From an uncultured Lachnospiraceae bacterium (lineage in GTDB: Bacteria > Bacillota > Clostridia > Oscillospirales > CAG-272): 64,000 nt of DNA. Below are positions 28,017 through 38,551 of the stretch, piece by piece. The first letter of the stretch is position 1; every line of letters begins with the position of its first letter. The notes under the pieces were generated by a model. The model was not told the DNA's origin, searched no databases, and saw only the letters and a program-made list of their open reading frames with translations. The position numbers and the translations under genes are program-made. Location of the stretch: NCBI GenBank assembly GCA_964582375.1, contig CAZORL010000003.1, positions 15,289 through 79,288 of the forward strand, in the 5' to 3' direction.

Positions 28017-29274
28017 ACCTGATCTGCGCAGATCAAAACACGCAAAGAGGCTTTTCCTGCTTTGTTGGCTTGCATACGCCGCCTCGTATGTGACGAAGCT
28101 TTGCTTTTCGATCTGTATGAACGGAATGATATCTAACGGACTTTTCGATGAGGCTTTCGGCGGTGCGATAGGTACGGCTCTTTTTGCAAGCTATGGTGTC
28201 GGTCAGCTCGTAAACGGTTGGCTCGGAGATAAGTTATCGCCGAAATATATGATAGGCGTTGGTCTTTCGATCGCATCGGCGATGGATATTCTCATGGCAC
28301 TTGCGACAAATAAATATATTTTGCTTGCCGTATGGTGCGTCGAGGGCGTCGGATGTTCCATGCTTTGGGCACCTATCCTTCGTTGTATTTCCGAATATCT
28401 CCCACAGAAAGAGCGTGATGCGGCAGGGACATGGATCTCTGCGACGATTCCCGTGGGTACGATCGTTTCCTACATGGTCGGCGGCATTTTCCTTGATCGT
28501 CTCGGTTACCGTGCGGTGTTTACGGTATCGGGACTTATAGGCGCGACTTTTGTTATAATCTGGGTATTCGGCATGCACTCGCTCGGCGATTATTTCACAT
28601 CTTTCAAAAAAGAAAGCGTTTCGGACAATGTACGAGATGTCGGTGTCATCCGTGTTTGTGATCTTGTGAGACTTGTTATCACAAGCGGTGCTGTAATGGC
28701 GATCGTTTGCATTTTTTTCAACGGCATCCTCAAAGACGGAGTTACGCTGTGGCTGCCAACATATCTTTCCGAGACATTCCATCTTTCCGATTCAACTGCA
28801 TCATGGCTTATGAATATAATCCCGATAATCAACCTCGCAGGTGCGTTTGTTGCTGTACAGATCAACAAACGCATAACCAAAAACGAATTTTTGACCGTAT
28901 CGCTCATGTTTGCCGTGTCACTTGTCGGAATTTTGGGGCTGTACTTTTTCGGCAGATACAATGTTATTCTCGCAGTCGTACTCATGTCGCTTTCGACATC
29001 ATCCATGCTCGGCGCAAATACGATGCTCCTCACCTTTATCCCGATGATTTTTGCCAAAGTCGGCAGAGCATCTGCATTTACGGGATTTCTCGATGCTGTG
29101 TCATACCTGTCATCCGCAGTTTCTGCGGCGGCTATCGGTCTGATCGCGGGTGCACTCGGATGGAACACGACAGTAATTGTGTGGGCAGCTATCGCTTTTG
29201 GGGGAGCTTTCTTCTCGACGATCATTTTTCCGAGATGGAAAAAAGGTCGTGCCGATATTGAACGAATAGAATGA
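27985..29274 (+). CDS. MFS transporter
   Basis: About 12 TM helices. GQLVNGWLGDKLSPK is an MFS signature-like loop. The start (27985, 27991 or 28000) overlaps the yerC-like 3' end. Confidence 0.8.
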   Translation: MEMTKMTRTTEPDLRRSKHAKRLFLLCWLAYAASYVTKLCFSICMNGMISNGLFDEAFGGAIGTALFASYGVGQLVNGWLGDKLSPKYMIGVGLSIASAMDILMALATNKYILLAVWCVEGVGCSMLWAPILRCISEYLPQKERDAAGTWISATIPVGTIVSYMVGGIFLDRLGYRAVFTVSGLIGATFVIIWVFGMHSLGDYFTSFKKESVSDNVRDVGVIRVCDLVRLVITSGAVMAIVCIFFNGILKDGVTLWLPTYLSETFHLSDSTASWLMNIIPIINLAGAFVAVQINKRITKNEFLTVSLMFAVSLVGILGLYFFGRYNVILAVVLMSLSTSSMLGANTMLLTFIPMIFAKVGRASAFTGFLDAVSYLSSAVSAAAIGLIAGALGWNTTVIVWAAIAFGGAFFSTIIFPRWKKGRADIERIE

Positions 29275-29331
29275 CCACCCTGAACTTTTTCGATATGTCA
29301 AGATATTTTTCGATTTTTTTTGAAAAAAATC

Positions 29332-29360
29332 TTGACAATAACTTACAGTTGTGATATAAT
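29332..29360 (+). promoter_or_regulatory. Consensus SigA promoter with extended -10, upstream of glnN
   Basis: TTGACA at 29332-29337, 17-nt spacer, TGaTATAAT with TATAAT at 29355-29360. Confidence 0.6.
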
Positions 29361-29373
29361 CGCAGATATAAAA

Positions 29374-29413
29374 GCGACAGCGGTTATCTGCGGGTGCCGT
29401 GTCGCATTTTTTT
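29374..29413 (+). terminator. Intrinsic-terminator-like hairpin with U7 inside the glnN leader (candidate attenuator)
   Basis: GCGACA-G-CGG (29374-29383) pairs with CCG-TGTCGC (29397-29405), followed by ATTTTTTT (29406-29413). It starts about 14 nt after the -10 element. Confidence 0.45.
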
Positions 29414-29517
29414 CCATTAACGGCGTATATCATATAATATAATGCTCGGTATAAGCTGATTTTTATGCCGATACTGCCGTTTGTCGGAGTTATAAAATAA
29501 CGAGGAGAAAGCAACTT

Positions 29518-31611
29518 ATGACATCAACAGCTGCTATTTTCGGGTCAATGGTCTTTGACGACGATACCATGGAGGCAAGGCTTCCGAAGGATACGTACAG
29601 ACTTCTTCAAAAAACCATAAAAGAAGGCAAACACCTTGATCTGAGCGTCGCAAATGTCGTCGCAAACGCAATGAAAGACTGGGCGATCGAAAAAGGCGCG
29701 ACCCACTATACGCATTGGTTTCAGCCGATGACGGGAATAACCGCCGAAAAGCACGATAGCTTTATCGCACCGAGAAACGGCGGCAAGGTCATTCTTGAGT
29801 TTTCGGGCAAAGAGCTTATCAGAGGCGAGCCTGATGCATCATCCTTCCCGTCGGGAGGACTTCGTGCAACATTTGAGGCTCGCGGTTATACAGCCTGGGA
29901 TGCTACCTCCTATGCTTTTATTAAAGACGGTGTTCTTTGCATTCCCACGGTGTTTTGCTCGTACGGTGGAGAGGCACTTGATCAAAAGACGGCTCTCCTG
30001 CGTTCTATGGAGCTGATCGGAAAACAGGCACTTCGCGTACTCAAACTTTTCGGTCACAATGACGTAAAATCGGTCAAAACGACAGTTGGACCCGAACAGG
30101 AGTATTTTCTTATTGATAAGGAACTTTACGACAAACGCCCCGATCTGGTCTACACCGGAAGAACGTTGTTCGGAGCGCGTTCGCCAAAAGGTCAAGAACT
30201 TGATGATCACTATTTCGGCGCAATAAAGCCGAGAATATTGGCGTTCATGAAGGAACTTGATGAGGAACTTTGGAAACTCGGCGTGCTCGCAAAAACAGAG
30301 CATAACGAGGCAGCCCCTGCTCAGCACGAGATGGCACCGATCTTTACAACGACCAACATCGCCGCCGATCATAATCAGCTTGCGATGGAACTTATGCAGA
30401 AGGTCGCCAAAAAACACGGAATGGTCTGTCTGCTTCATGAAAAACCGTTCGCGGGCGTCAATGGTAGCGGTAAGCATAATAACTGGTCAATGTCAACCGA
30501 TACGGGCATAAATTTGCTTGATCCGGGCGACACACCCTATGATAATGCACAGTTTTTGCTCTTTTTGTCCGCTGTGCTGAAAGCAGTTGACGAATACCAA
30601 GATCTGCTCCGCATTTCTGTCGCAAGCGCAGGAAACGACCACCGTCTCGGCTCAAACGAAGCGCCCCCCGCTATCGTTTCAATGTTTATAGGAACAGATC
30701 TCGAGGAGGTCCTTGATGCCATCGAAAAAGGTGTCCACTATGACGCAAAAGAGCAGACTCTCATGCGTATCGGCGTCCACACCTTGCCAAAATTCCCCAA
30801 AGATACGACCGATCGAAACAGAACAAGCCCCTTTGCTTTTACGGGTAATAAGTTCGAGTTCCGTATGCTTGGGTCGTCCGCATCGATATCATTTACAAAT
30901 ACCGTAATCAACACGATCGTTGCCGAGGAGCTGAGGCAATTTGCTGATGAGCTTGAGAATGCCGATAATTTCGAGGCATCGCTTCATGAACTCATAAAAC
31001 GAACTGTCACTGATCATAAACGCATCATTTTCAACGGAGACGGATATGACGATGCTTGGGTAAAAGAGGCATCGCGCAGAGGTCTTCATAATCTCCCGAC
31101 GACTCCCGACGCCATCTCGCATATGCTTGACGACAGAAATGTCGAGCTTTTTGCCAAAAATAAAGTATTCACAAAAACCGAACTTACATCAAGGCGAGAT
31201 ATCGCATTCGAGAATTATTGCAAGATAATTCACATTGAGGCACTGACAATGATCGATATGGCAAGAAACGATATTTTGCCCGCCGTCAGCAAGTATTCGG
31301 CTGAAATTGCACGAAATGCTCGCGAAAAGCTTGAATTCTTGCCGAATTTTGATTGTTTGTATGAAAGAGAAACTCTTGAAAAGCTCTCCGAGCTTTCGTC
31401 GAGGGCGTACAAAGTTCTCAAACAGCTCGAGACCGATCTCGAGGACGCAAACTCGGTCGATGATTTCGGTGAGCTTGCGATGATATATAAGGATAAGATC
31501 TGCGTCGATATGGACGCTCTTCGCGAACCCATTGACGAGATCGAACTGCTTTCATCGAGTGAGTATCGTCCATATCCTTCGTATGGCGAGCTTCTTTTCG
31601 GAATTAGATGA
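29518..31611 (+). CDS. glnN: Glutamine synthetase type III
   Basis: 697 aa. N-terminal [23 protein letters not shown] is typical of GSIII. Also [24 protein letters not shown] and GSGKHNNWS. Confidence 0.9.
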   Translation: MTSTAAIFGSMVFDDDTMEARLPKDTYRLLQKTIKEGKHLDLSVANVVANAMKDWAIEKGATHYTHWFQPMTGITAEKHDSFIAPRNGGKVILEFSGKELIRGEPDASSFPSGGLRATFEARGYTAWDATSYAFIKDGVLCIPTVFCSYGGEALDQKTALLRSMELIGKQALRVLKLFGHNDVKSVKTTVGPEQEYFLIDKELYDKRPDLVYTGRTLFGARSPKGQELDDHYFGAIKPRILAFMKELDEELWKLGVLAKTEHNEAAPAQHEMAPIFTTTNIAADHNQLAMELMQKVAKKHGMVCLLHEKPFAGVNGSGKHNNWSMSTDTGINLLDPGDTPYDNAQFLLFLSAVLKAVDEYQDLLRISVASAGNDHRLGSNEAPPAIVSMFIGTDLEEVLDAIEKGVHYDAKEQTLMRIGVHTLPKFPKDTTDRNRTSPFAFTGNKFEFRMLGSSASISFTNTVINTIVAEELRQFADELENADNFEASLHELIKRTVTDHKRIIFNGDGYDDAWVKEASRRGLHNLPTTPDAISHMLDDRNVELFAKNKVFTKTELTSRRDIAFENYCKIIHIEALTMIDMARNDILPAVSKYSAEIARNAREKLEFLPNFDCLYERETLEKLSELSSRAYKVLKQLETDLEDANSVDDFGELAMIYKDKICVDMDALREPIDEIELLSSSEYRPYPSYGELLFGIR

Positions 31612-31630
31612 TCAATACAGAGGAAATAAT

Positions 31631-33184
31631 ATGTCGGATAATCAAAAAGTAATTGTCCTTGATTTCGGAGGTCAGTACAATCAGCTGATCGCAAGACGTG
31701 TGCGCGAGTGCGGCGTCTACTGCGAGGTCAAGTCATACAAGACAGATCTTGAAACAATAAAAAAGGATATGCCGATCGGTATCATCTTTACCGGCGGTCC
31801 GTCGAGCGTTTATGAAGATAATTCGCCGAAGGTCGATAGGCGTGTGTTCGATCTCGGCATTCCGATACTCGGAATATGCTACGGCTCACAGCTCATAGCC
31901 CATACCCTTGGCGGCAAAGTTTCCCCGGCACAGTCGAGCACGGCAAGGGAATACGGCAAAACGCTGACTGCATTCGACACAACATGTCCGCTTTTTGACG
32001 GCATTCCCAAAAAGAGCGTCACATGGATGAGCCATGGCGATTATATGGAAAAGATCCCCGATACTTTTCGCCTTACCGCGCATTCGGATGCTTGCCCGAG
32101 CGTCGGCATTGCCGATGAGGCACGTCGAATATTTGGCGTTCAGTTCCATCCCGAGGTCAATCATACCGAGTACGGCAAAAAGATGATCGAGAATTTTCTC
32201 TTTAAGATCTGTTGTGCAAGACCCGAATGGACGATGGATGATTTCTGTAAAAGGGCTGTCGAGTCCTTGCGCGATACAATAGGAGAGGGCAGAGTGCTTC
32301 TCGCACTTTCCGGTGGTGTGGATTCGTCGGTCCTTGCGGCACTTTTGTCCGAGGCTATAGGTGATCGACTCACATGTGTTTTTGTTGATCATGGACTTAT
32401 GCGTAAAAACGAGGGCGATGAGATCGAAGCGGCGTTCTCAAGACGAGATCTTAATTTTGTTCGCGTGAATGCAGAGGACAGATTTCTTTCAAAGCTTGCG
32501 GGTGTTGTCGATCCTCAAACAAAACGCAGAATTATAGGTGCGGAATTCGGCTATGTATTTTGCGATGAGGCACTCAAGTTCGGAATAACCAAGAGCGATT
32601 TCTTGGCGCAGGGAACTATTTATCCCGATGTTATCGAATCGGGCGAGGGTGATGCCGAGGTGATCAAGAGCCATCATAACCGCCTTCTCCCTCCTGAGGT
32701 GATGGAACTTTTCGGCGGAGTTATTGAACCGCTGTCAACGCTTTTCAAGGATGAGGTCAGAGCACTGGGCATGGTCCTCGGTCTTCCCGAGTCACTCGTC
32801 TATCGTCAGCCTTTTCCGGGTCCCGGACTTGCCGTTCGAATAATTGGCGATATCACACGCGAAAAGGCGGACATCCTTCGAGAGGCTGATTATATCATGC
32901 GCGATGAACTTCAAAAATCCGGAGTTGCATCAAGCCTTTCTCAGTATTTCGCCGTGCTGACGAATCTGCGCTCGGTAGGCGTTATGGGTGACGGCAGAAC
33001 ATACGATTATACGCTCGCCCTTCGTGCAGTCAATACCGATGATTTTATGACAGCCGATTTTGCAAGGATTCCCTATGATGTTCTCGATAAAATTTCCACA
33101 CGCATCGTAAACGAAGTCAGAGGAATCAACAGAATAGTCTACGACATCACCTCCAAACCCCCCGCAACGGTCGAGTGGGAATGA
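31631..33184 (+). CDS. guaA: GMP synthase (glutamine-hydrolysing)
   Basis: [28 protein letters not shown], the [11 protein letters not shown]-loop, and the C-terminal [13 protein letters not shown] 31631 lies 20 nt after the glnN stop. Confidence 0.95.
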   Translation: MSDNQKVIVLDFGGQYNQLIARRVRECGVYCEVKSYKTDLETIKKDMPIGIIFTGGPSSVYEDNSPKVDRRVFDLGIPILGICYGSQLIAHTLGGKVSPAQSSTAREYGKTLTAFDTTCPLFDGIPKKSVTWMSHGDYMEKIPDTFRLTAHSDACPSVGIADEARRIFGVQFHPEVNHTEYGKKMIENFLFKICCARPEWTMDDFCKRAVESLRDTIGEGRVLLALSGGVDSSVLAALLSEAIGDRLTCVFVDHGLMRKNEGDEIEAAFSRRDLNFVRVNAEDRFLSKLAGVVDPQTKRRIIGAEFGYVFCDEALKFGITKSDFLAQGTIYPDVIESGEGDAEVIKSHHNRLLPPEVMELFGGVIEPLSTLFKDEVRALGMVLGLPESLVYRQPFPGPGLAVRIIGDITREKADILREADYIMRDELQKSGVASSLSQYFAVLTNLRSVGVMGDGRTYDYTLALRAVNTDDFMTADFARIPYDVLDKISTRIVNEVRGINRIVYDITSKPPATVEWE

Positions 33185-33206
33185 TTTTTAGTCTTAAACG
33201 ATAATG

Positions 33207-33255
33207 TTTTTGCCGCAGGACACCGGATTTTGCCCGTTTGTCCTGCGGCAAAAAA
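33207..33255 (+). terminator. Hairpin terminator after guaA
   Basis: 12-bp stem TGCCGCAGGACA (33211-33222) pairs with TGTCCTGCGGCA (33239-33250). It is flanked by a T-run 5' and an A-run 3', a bidirectional-type architecture. Confidence 0.55.
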
Positions 33256-33305
33256 TATTTATGCAAAATTTTTTGAAAAAAATGCATAAAAATTCAAAAA
33301 ACCCC

Positions 33306-33334
33306 TTGACAAATGAATAATTATGCGCTATAAT
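33306..33334 (+). promoter_or_regulatory. SigA-type promoter of amino-acid ABC operon 2
   Basis: TTGACA at 33306-33311, 17-nt spacer, TATAAT at 33329-33334. Confidence 0.6.
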
Positions 33335-33381
33335 ATAGGCACAACAAAAAAACAACACAAAAAAACGGAGGAATACTCACA

Positions 33382-34320
33382 ATGAAAAAAATTATATCGA
33401 TCCTACTCGCAGCCATGATGCTTTGCAGCATCGTATGCACATTCGCGTCCTGCAGCGACAACAACCTGAGCACAGACCCGCTCGCCGAAGATTACAACAA
33501 GTTTTTAAGCAAGTGCAAAGCACCTTCCAAGGGAAAGAACGGAACGTTAGTTGTTGCGATGTCTCCTGACTTCGCTCCGATGGAATTTGTTGATGCGGCA
33601 CTTTCGGATGCAAACAAGTATGTCGGCTTTGACGTTCTTCTTGCAAACTACATTGCAAAAGAGCTTGACATGGATCTCGTGATCAAGCCCATGGATTTCT
33701 ACGCGTGCCTCACCAACCTTGAGAACAAGCAGGTTGACCTTGCTATATCCGGTTTCTCATGGACAGCCGAGCGTGCAGAAAAGTTCAACATTTCCGATTA
33801 CTACATTGCCGGAGAAAATGAGACCGAGCAGGTTCTTATTGTCAAGAAGGGCGACACCTTTGATTGGGCAAACGCCACTGATTTAAGCGAAAAGAAAATC
33901 GGTGCTCAAGGCGGTTCTCTTCAGCAGCTTCTTGTAAACGAGCAACTCGTTACCAAGGGTGCATCGATCGTAAAGTTTGATGACATCAATCTTGGTGTCG
34001 AAGCACTTAAGAGTGGTAATATTGACGCTCTTGCTGTTGCTAAGGGCAACGGTGATGCGATCATCAGCAACAACACCGATTCTGTTGCAATGTCGGGATT
34101 CTTCTTTGAAGTTGATGATAAGTACAAGAACAATGTTGTTCTCGTTAACAAGGAAGATAACGAAATGCTCAAGAAAGTCAATGAGGTACTTGCGAAGGCT
34201 ATGGCTGCAGACATCTACAATGATTGGTATGATGCGTGCGAAAAGTATGCCGGCATTAGCACAAAAGATGAGAGCGGATTTGACGAAAACGGCAATCCTC
34301 TCGGAACATCCAACTCTTGA
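33382..34320 (+). CDS. Amino acid ABC transporter substrate-binding lipoprotein (SBP family 3)
   Basis: Lipobox VCTFASC. Also GTLVVAMSPDFAPMEF, GFDVLLANYIAKELD and DLAISGFSWT. Confidence 0.9.
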   Translation: MKKIISILLAAMMLCSIVCTFASCSDNNLSTDPLAEDYNKFLSKCKAPSKGKNGTLVVAMSPDFAPMEFVDAALSDANKYVGFDVLLANYIAKELDMDLVIKPMDFYACLTNLENKQVDLAISGFSWTAERAEKFNISDYYIAGENETEQVLIVKKGDTFDWANATDLSEKKIGAQGGSLQQLLVNEQLVTKGASIVKFDDINLGVEALKSGNIDALAVAKGNGDAIISNNTDSVAMSGFFFEVDDKYKNNVVLVNKEDNEMLKKVNEVLAKAMAADIYNDWYDACEKYAGISTKDESGFDENGNPLGTSNS

Positions 34321-34338
34321 ACAAAAATAATAATAAGC

Positions 34339-34369
34339 AATTGCCGTCCCGCAATGCAGGACGGCAATT
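34339..34369 (+). other. Intercistronic stem-loop between the SBP and permease genes
   Basis: AATTGCCGTCC pairs with GGACGGCAATT (11 bp). There is no U-tract, and the permease RBS (GAGG) follows directly. Confidence 0.5.
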
Positions 34370-34382
34370 CTGAGGTAAAATA

Positions 34383-35090
34383 ATGGATTTTTTTCAAATA
34401 ATGCTAAAAAATATAGAGGCTATGATCGAAATACTGTCCAAGTATTGGTACAGATTTTTGGTCACCGGCGTTAGCTCGACCCTTATGCTGGCACTTATTA
34501 CTGTCATAGGAGGTACTCTAATCGGTTCTCTTTTGGCAATTGGCAGAATGTCAAAGATCGCCCCACTTCGTTGGCTGATCGTCGCTTTTGTTGAGATAGT
34601 ACGCGGAACACCCTCTCTTCTGCAATTGTATATCGGTTATCTTCTCGGACCGCAGCTTTTTCCGTCGCTAAATAAGATGCCGCCTACACGTTCCGCATTT
34701 ATTTGTGTTTCTGTCGCACTTATCATTAACTCAGCCGCATATGTTTCGGAAATTATCCGTTCGGGCATTAATGCAGTTGATAAAGGGCAGACGGAGGCGT
34801 CCAGAAGTCTCGGACTCAGCGGCAGTATAACGATGATCCATGTCATACTTCCGCAGGCAATAAAAAACATTCTTCCCGCTCTCGGAAATGAATTTATAAC
34901 GGTGATAAAAGAGACATCGCTTGCATCAACGTTCTTTGCAGGGGAACTTATGACGCAATATAAGGAAGTTGTCGGCGTTACATATAACGCCTTCCCGACA
35001 CTGATGCTTGTTGGTATTATTTATTTTATCCTGAATTTTGTTCTTTCAAAAATTCTTGGGTTTGCAGAAAGGAAGATGAAACATGCTTAA
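34383..35090 (+). CDS. Amino acid ABC transporter permease
   Basis: 235 aa. Contains [14 protein letters not shown] and the EAA loop [14 protein letters not shown]. Confidence 0.9.
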   Translation: MDFFQIMLKNIEAMIEILSKYWYRFLVTGVSSTLMLALITVIGGTLIGSLLAIGRMSKIAPLRWLIVAFVEIVRGTPSLLQLYIGYLLGPQLFPSLNKMPPTRSAFICVSVALIINSAAYVSEIIRSGINAVDKGQTEASRSLGLSGSITMIHVILPQAIKNILPALGNEFITVIKETSLASTFFAGELMTQYKEVVGVTYNAFPTLMLVGIIYFILNFVLSKILGFAERKMKHA

Positions 35091-36087
35091 TGTAAAAAAC
35101 ATTTACAAGAACTTTGATAGCCTTGAAGTCTTAAAGGGTGTTTCTACCGAAGTTGACAGCGGCGAAGTCGTTTCAATAATCGGTGCATCCGGCTCGGGAA
35201 AATCAACCTTGCTGCGTTGTATGAATCTGCTTGAAAAGCCCACGTTCGGAGAGGTTTGGATCGAGGGAGAACTGCTGACTCCTGTTGACCCGTATCTTCA
35301 TGAAGAGATCATCCGTGCATCCAAGACTTACCGTAAGCTCGTTTCTGCCGGAATGTCTGACGGTGATGCGATACACAAGATAAAAAAGGAAGATCTGCTT
35401 AACGAAAAGTTTTCTGCCGAGGGAAGAGAATATCATACCTTGATGAAGAAGATCTACAAAGAAAACCATGTTGATATCAATGTGGCTCGTCAGAAAATGG
35501 GTATGGTCTTTCAACAGTTCAACCTTTTTAACAACATGACAGTCGAAAAGAACTTGATCTTTGCGCCGATAAAACTCGGCAAAAGAAAAATTCATTATGC
35601 AAAACTCAAAAACATATGGATAGGTCTGTCCAATCCTTTCAGAAAAACCAAGCTTCAAAAGATCGAAATAAAGGAGAGCATTTCCGATATTAAGATAAAT
35701 GCAAAAAACAAAGCAGAACAGCTTCTTTCGCGTATCGGACTGCTTGACAAAAAGAATGCTTATCCGTCAACTCTTTCGGGCGGACAGAAGCAGAGGATCG
35801 CTATAGTTCGCGCCCTGATGATGGATCCGGATGTCATGCTTTTCGATGAACCGACATCAGCCCTTGACCCCGAAATGATCGGTGAAGTGCTTGATCTTAT
35901 GAAAGATCTTGCCAACGAAGGCATGACCATGGTAATCGTTACACATGAGATGGCTTTTGCGCGCGAGGTCTCCGACAGGATACTTTTTGTCGATGACGGA
36001 AACATCCAAGAAGAAGGCACGCCCGAACAAGTCTTCAAGAATCCCCAAAACCCGCGTCTGCGCGATTTCCTCAGTAAGGTGCTTTGA
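35083..36087 (+). CDS. Amino acid ABC transporter ATP-binding protein with two internal insertions
   Basis: Walker [11 protein letters not shown]-loop MVFQQFNLF, signature [14 protein letters not shown], Walker [11 protein letters not shown]. At 334 aa it compares with about 250 aa for the paralog at 26832. Confidence 0.9.
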   Translation: MLNVKNIYKNFDSLEVLKGVSTEVDSGEVVSIIGASGSGKSTLLRCMNLLEKPTFGEVWIEGELLTPVDPYLHEEIIRASKTYRKLVSAGMSDGDAIHKIKKEDLLNEKFSAEGREYHTLMKKIYKENHVDINVARQKMGMVFQQFNLFNNMTVEKNLIFAPIKLGKRKIHYAKLKNIWIGLSNPFRKTKLQKIEIKESISDIKINAKNKAEQLLSRIGLLDKKNAYPSTLSGGQKQRIAIVRALMMDPDVMLFDEPTSALDPEMIGEVLDLMKDLANEGMTMVIVTHEMAFAREVSDRILFVDDGNIQEEGTPEQVFKNPQNPRLRDFLSKVL

Positions 36088-36088
36088 T

Positions 36089-37534
36089 ATGAATGAATCG
36101 AAAAAATATGCTTTAGATGAGATCGAGCAAAAATCAGATTATTTTTGCTCGCTTTCCGATAGAATTTGGGAGCTTGCCGAACTTTCGCTCAAAGAATACA
36201 AGTCAGCCGAGCTTTACTGCGATCTGCTTGAAGAACTTGGTTTCAAGGTCGAACGTGAGATCTGCGGAATAAAGACAGCATTTTCAGGCAGTTTCGGAAG
36301 CGGTCATCCGATTATAGGCATTCTCGGCGAATTCGATGCACTCTCGGGGCTCTCTCAAGAGGGCGGTTGTACCGAGTATCACGAAATCGAGCGCGGCGGA
36401 AACGGACACGGTTGCGGTCATAATCTGCTCGGTGCAGGATCGCTTGCCGCTGCTTACGGAATAAAACGGTATCTCGAAAAAACCGGCAAAAGCGGAACTG
36501 TAATTTTCTTCGGTACACCGGGCGAAGAGGGCGGCGCAGGGAAGGCATTTATGGCAAAAGAGGGGCTGTGGTATGGTCTTGATTGCGCACTGACATGGCA
36601 TCCCGATGACTGCAACGAGGTGGCAACCGGAACTTGTAATTCATGCATCCAGACATTGTATAAATTCAAGGGCGTTGCGGCACATGCTGCGGGAGATCCC
36701 GAGGATGGGCGTTCTGCTCTTGATGCACTCGAGCTTATGAATGTTGGAGTTCAGTATCTTCGCGAACATACAAAAGATGATGCTCGCATCCACTACGCGG
36801 TTGTTGACGGCGGCGGTTTGTCGCCGAATGTTGTCCAATCGAAGGCAAGCGTTCTGTATATGGTTCGCTCCAAGCTCGTAAAGGACGCACTTGCCCTTCA
36901 AGCAAGGGTTGATAAGATTGCAGATGGTGCGGCACTCATGACCGAGACCGAGGTCGAGAAAGTATTTATCGACGGATGCTCGAACGCCCTGCCAAATCAT
37001 ACGCTTGAAAAACTGATGTACGATAATTTTTCTGCAATTTCACTTCCCGCATATTCCAAAGAAGAGATCGATTATGCGACCGCTCTCAGATCCACTTATG
37101 CGTCACACGGAACATTGCCATCGATTGCGGCAAAAGCTGATCCAACGGCTGCCGAGATCGTCGCAGAGCTCAGTGATCAAGGACAAAAATCGCTAAACGA
37201 TTTTCTCTGTCCGCTTTATGAAGGAGACTTCTTTGAGCCGGGATCGACCGATGTCGGTGACGTTTCCTGGCAAACGCCGACAGCACAGCTACACGCTCTC
37301 TGCTTTGCATCCGGCTCGCCCGGACATTCGTGGCAAAATGTTTCATGTGGGAAAACATCGATTGCACACAAGGGCATGATGACGGCATCTTATGTGATCG
37401 CTGCGACAGCGATCGATATAATCGACGATCCGAGCGTTCTTGCATCTGCAAAGATCGAATTTGAACGCGCATCCTCGGAAGGTTTTTTGTCACCCATTCC
37501 GGACGGTGCAAAGGCGACAGCGATAGAGATATAA
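36089..37534 (+). CDS. M20-family amidohydrolase (AbgB-like)
   Basis: GEFDALSGLSQEGG, HGCGHNLLGAGSLAAA and GTPGEEGGAGK. ATG 36089 lies 1 nt after the ATPase stop (track ORF starts at 35945). Confidence 0.8.
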   Translation: MNESKKYALDEIEQKSDYFCSLSDRIWELAELSLKEYKSAELYCDLLEELGFKVEREICGIKTAFSGSFGSGHPIIGILGEFDALSGLSQEGGCTEYHEIERGGNGHGCGHNLLGAGSLAAAYGIKRYLEKTGKSGTVIFFGTPGEEGGAGKAFMAKEGLWYGLDCALTWHPDDCNEVATGTCNSCIQTLYKFKGVAAHAAGDPEDGRSALDALELMNVGVQYLREHTKDDARIHYAVVDGGGLSPNVVQSKASVLYMVRSKLVKDALALQARVDKIADGAALMTETEVEKVFIDGCSNALPNHTLEKLMYDNFSAISLPAYSKEEIDYATALRSTYASHGTLPSIAAKADPTAAEIVAELSDQGQKSLNDFLCPLYEGDFFEPGSTDVGDVSWQTPTAQLHALCFASGSPGHSWQNVSCGKTSIAHKGMMTASYVIAATAIDIIDDPSVLASAKIEFERASSEGFLSPIPDGAKATAIEI

Positions 37535-37542
37535 CATTTCTC

Positions 37543-37579
37543 CGAAAATCGAGGCAAGATGTCTCGATTTTCGCTTTTT
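37543..37579 (+). terminator. Intrinsic terminator after the M20 gene
   Basis: CGAAAATCGAG (37543-37553) pairs with CTCGATTTTCG (37563-37573), followed by CTTTTT. Confidence 0.8.
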
Positions 37580-37615
37580 ATGATGCAAAAACAAAAAAAG
37601 GTTTGGATTAAAGTA

Positions 37616-37644
37616 TTGACATATTAAAAAAAATGTGTTATAAT
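37616..37644 (+). promoter_or_regulatory. SigA-type promoter (extended -10) of the Wzz/BY-kinase pair
   Basis: TTGACA at 37616-37621, 17-nt spacer, TGtTATAAT with TATAAT at 37639-37644. Confidence 0.6.
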
Positions 37645-37734
37645 AGAATGCTATGCAAAAAAGCGTGGCGTGCGGAGCTCTTGATCTATGCTTCGCTCGG
37701 AAACAAAAAAACGATTGATAGAGGATAGTCGATA

Positions 37735-38517
37735 ATGAACGTTAAAAATAAATCGAATGCGGTATACATTGACTTTCAAACAGTATGGAATCTGCTTAAG
37801 CGAAAGTTTTTTAGTCTCGTTTTGGCGGGCGTGATCGGAGCGTTACTGCTTGGTGCGGTTGGTTATCTAATTTATACACCGAAATATTCATCGACTGTTT
37901 CACTTATTGTTCACGCCGAGGAAACGACAACAAACCAACTTACGGCATACGATGTCACTTACTCGGAAAAGCTCATAAATACTCTCGAGGTGTTCTTGAA
38001 GCACAACAAAAACTTTAGAGATCAGCTCAGCAACATGGCAGGCACGTATAAGGCATTCACCGATGATGATATTCTTAAGATGATGAATATCAGTCAGATC
38101 AAGACAAGCACACCGACGATGAATGTTACGTTTACCTCCACTAACAGAAACGCCGCTTATAATCTTGCGAAAAGCTTCGAACTTCTTGTGAACGGCGAGC
38201 TTGAAAGGCTAAATGTCAATGTTGGATCGGTTGGGATTTTGAACAGCGCAGAGGCTGCTGATGAGCCCGATAACTCGAATCCCGCCGTCACATATGCGGT
38301 TATAGGCTTTTTTGTCGCGTTTGTCATGCTCTATATTATTTTCCTTGTCAGGGTAATATTTGATACGAAGATCCACAAAGGGGAAGATATCAGCGAACTT
38401 TTCGATTATCCTCTCCTTGGCAGTGTGCCCTCGCTTCATCGCGGCAAGAAAGGTCGCTCTCACGGTTACGGATATGGTGGTTATGGATACGGCTACGGAA
38501 AGAGCTCTAACGGTTGA
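37735..38517 (+). CDS. Wzz-family chain-length determinant / BY-kinase transmembrane modulator (CpsC/TkmA-like) with a Tyr-Gly tail
   Basis: N-terminal IDFQTVWNLLKRKFFSLVLAGVIGALLLG (TM1), a periplasmic-type domain, and TM2 AVIGFFVAFVMLYIIFLVRVIF. The activation segment DISELFDYPLLGSVP follows, then the tail HGYGYGGYGYGYGKSSNG. Confidence 0.8.
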   Translation: MNVKNKSNAVYIDFQTVWNLLKRKFFSLVLAGVIGALLLGAVGYLIYTPKYSSTVSLIVHAEETTTNQLTAYDVTYSEKLINTLEVFLKHNKNFRDQLSNMAGTYKAFTDDDILKMMNISQIKTSTPTMNVTFTSTNRNAAYNLAKSFELLVNGELERLNVNVGSVGILNSAEAADEPDNSNPAVTYAVIGFFVAFVMLYIIFLVRVIFDTKIHKGEDISELFDYPLLGSVPSLHRGKKGRSHGYGYGGYGYGYGKSSNG

Positions 38518-38551
38518 TAACTCTGACTGACGAAAGGAATTTGGTTGTAAG

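Noticed and set aside
37645-37734. The ~90-nt 5' UTR of the Wzz/BY-kinase operon could hold a riboswitch or c-di-GMP element.
   Set aside because: Only a 4-bp GAGC/GCUC pairing could be found, and there are no GEMM-like conserved blocks.
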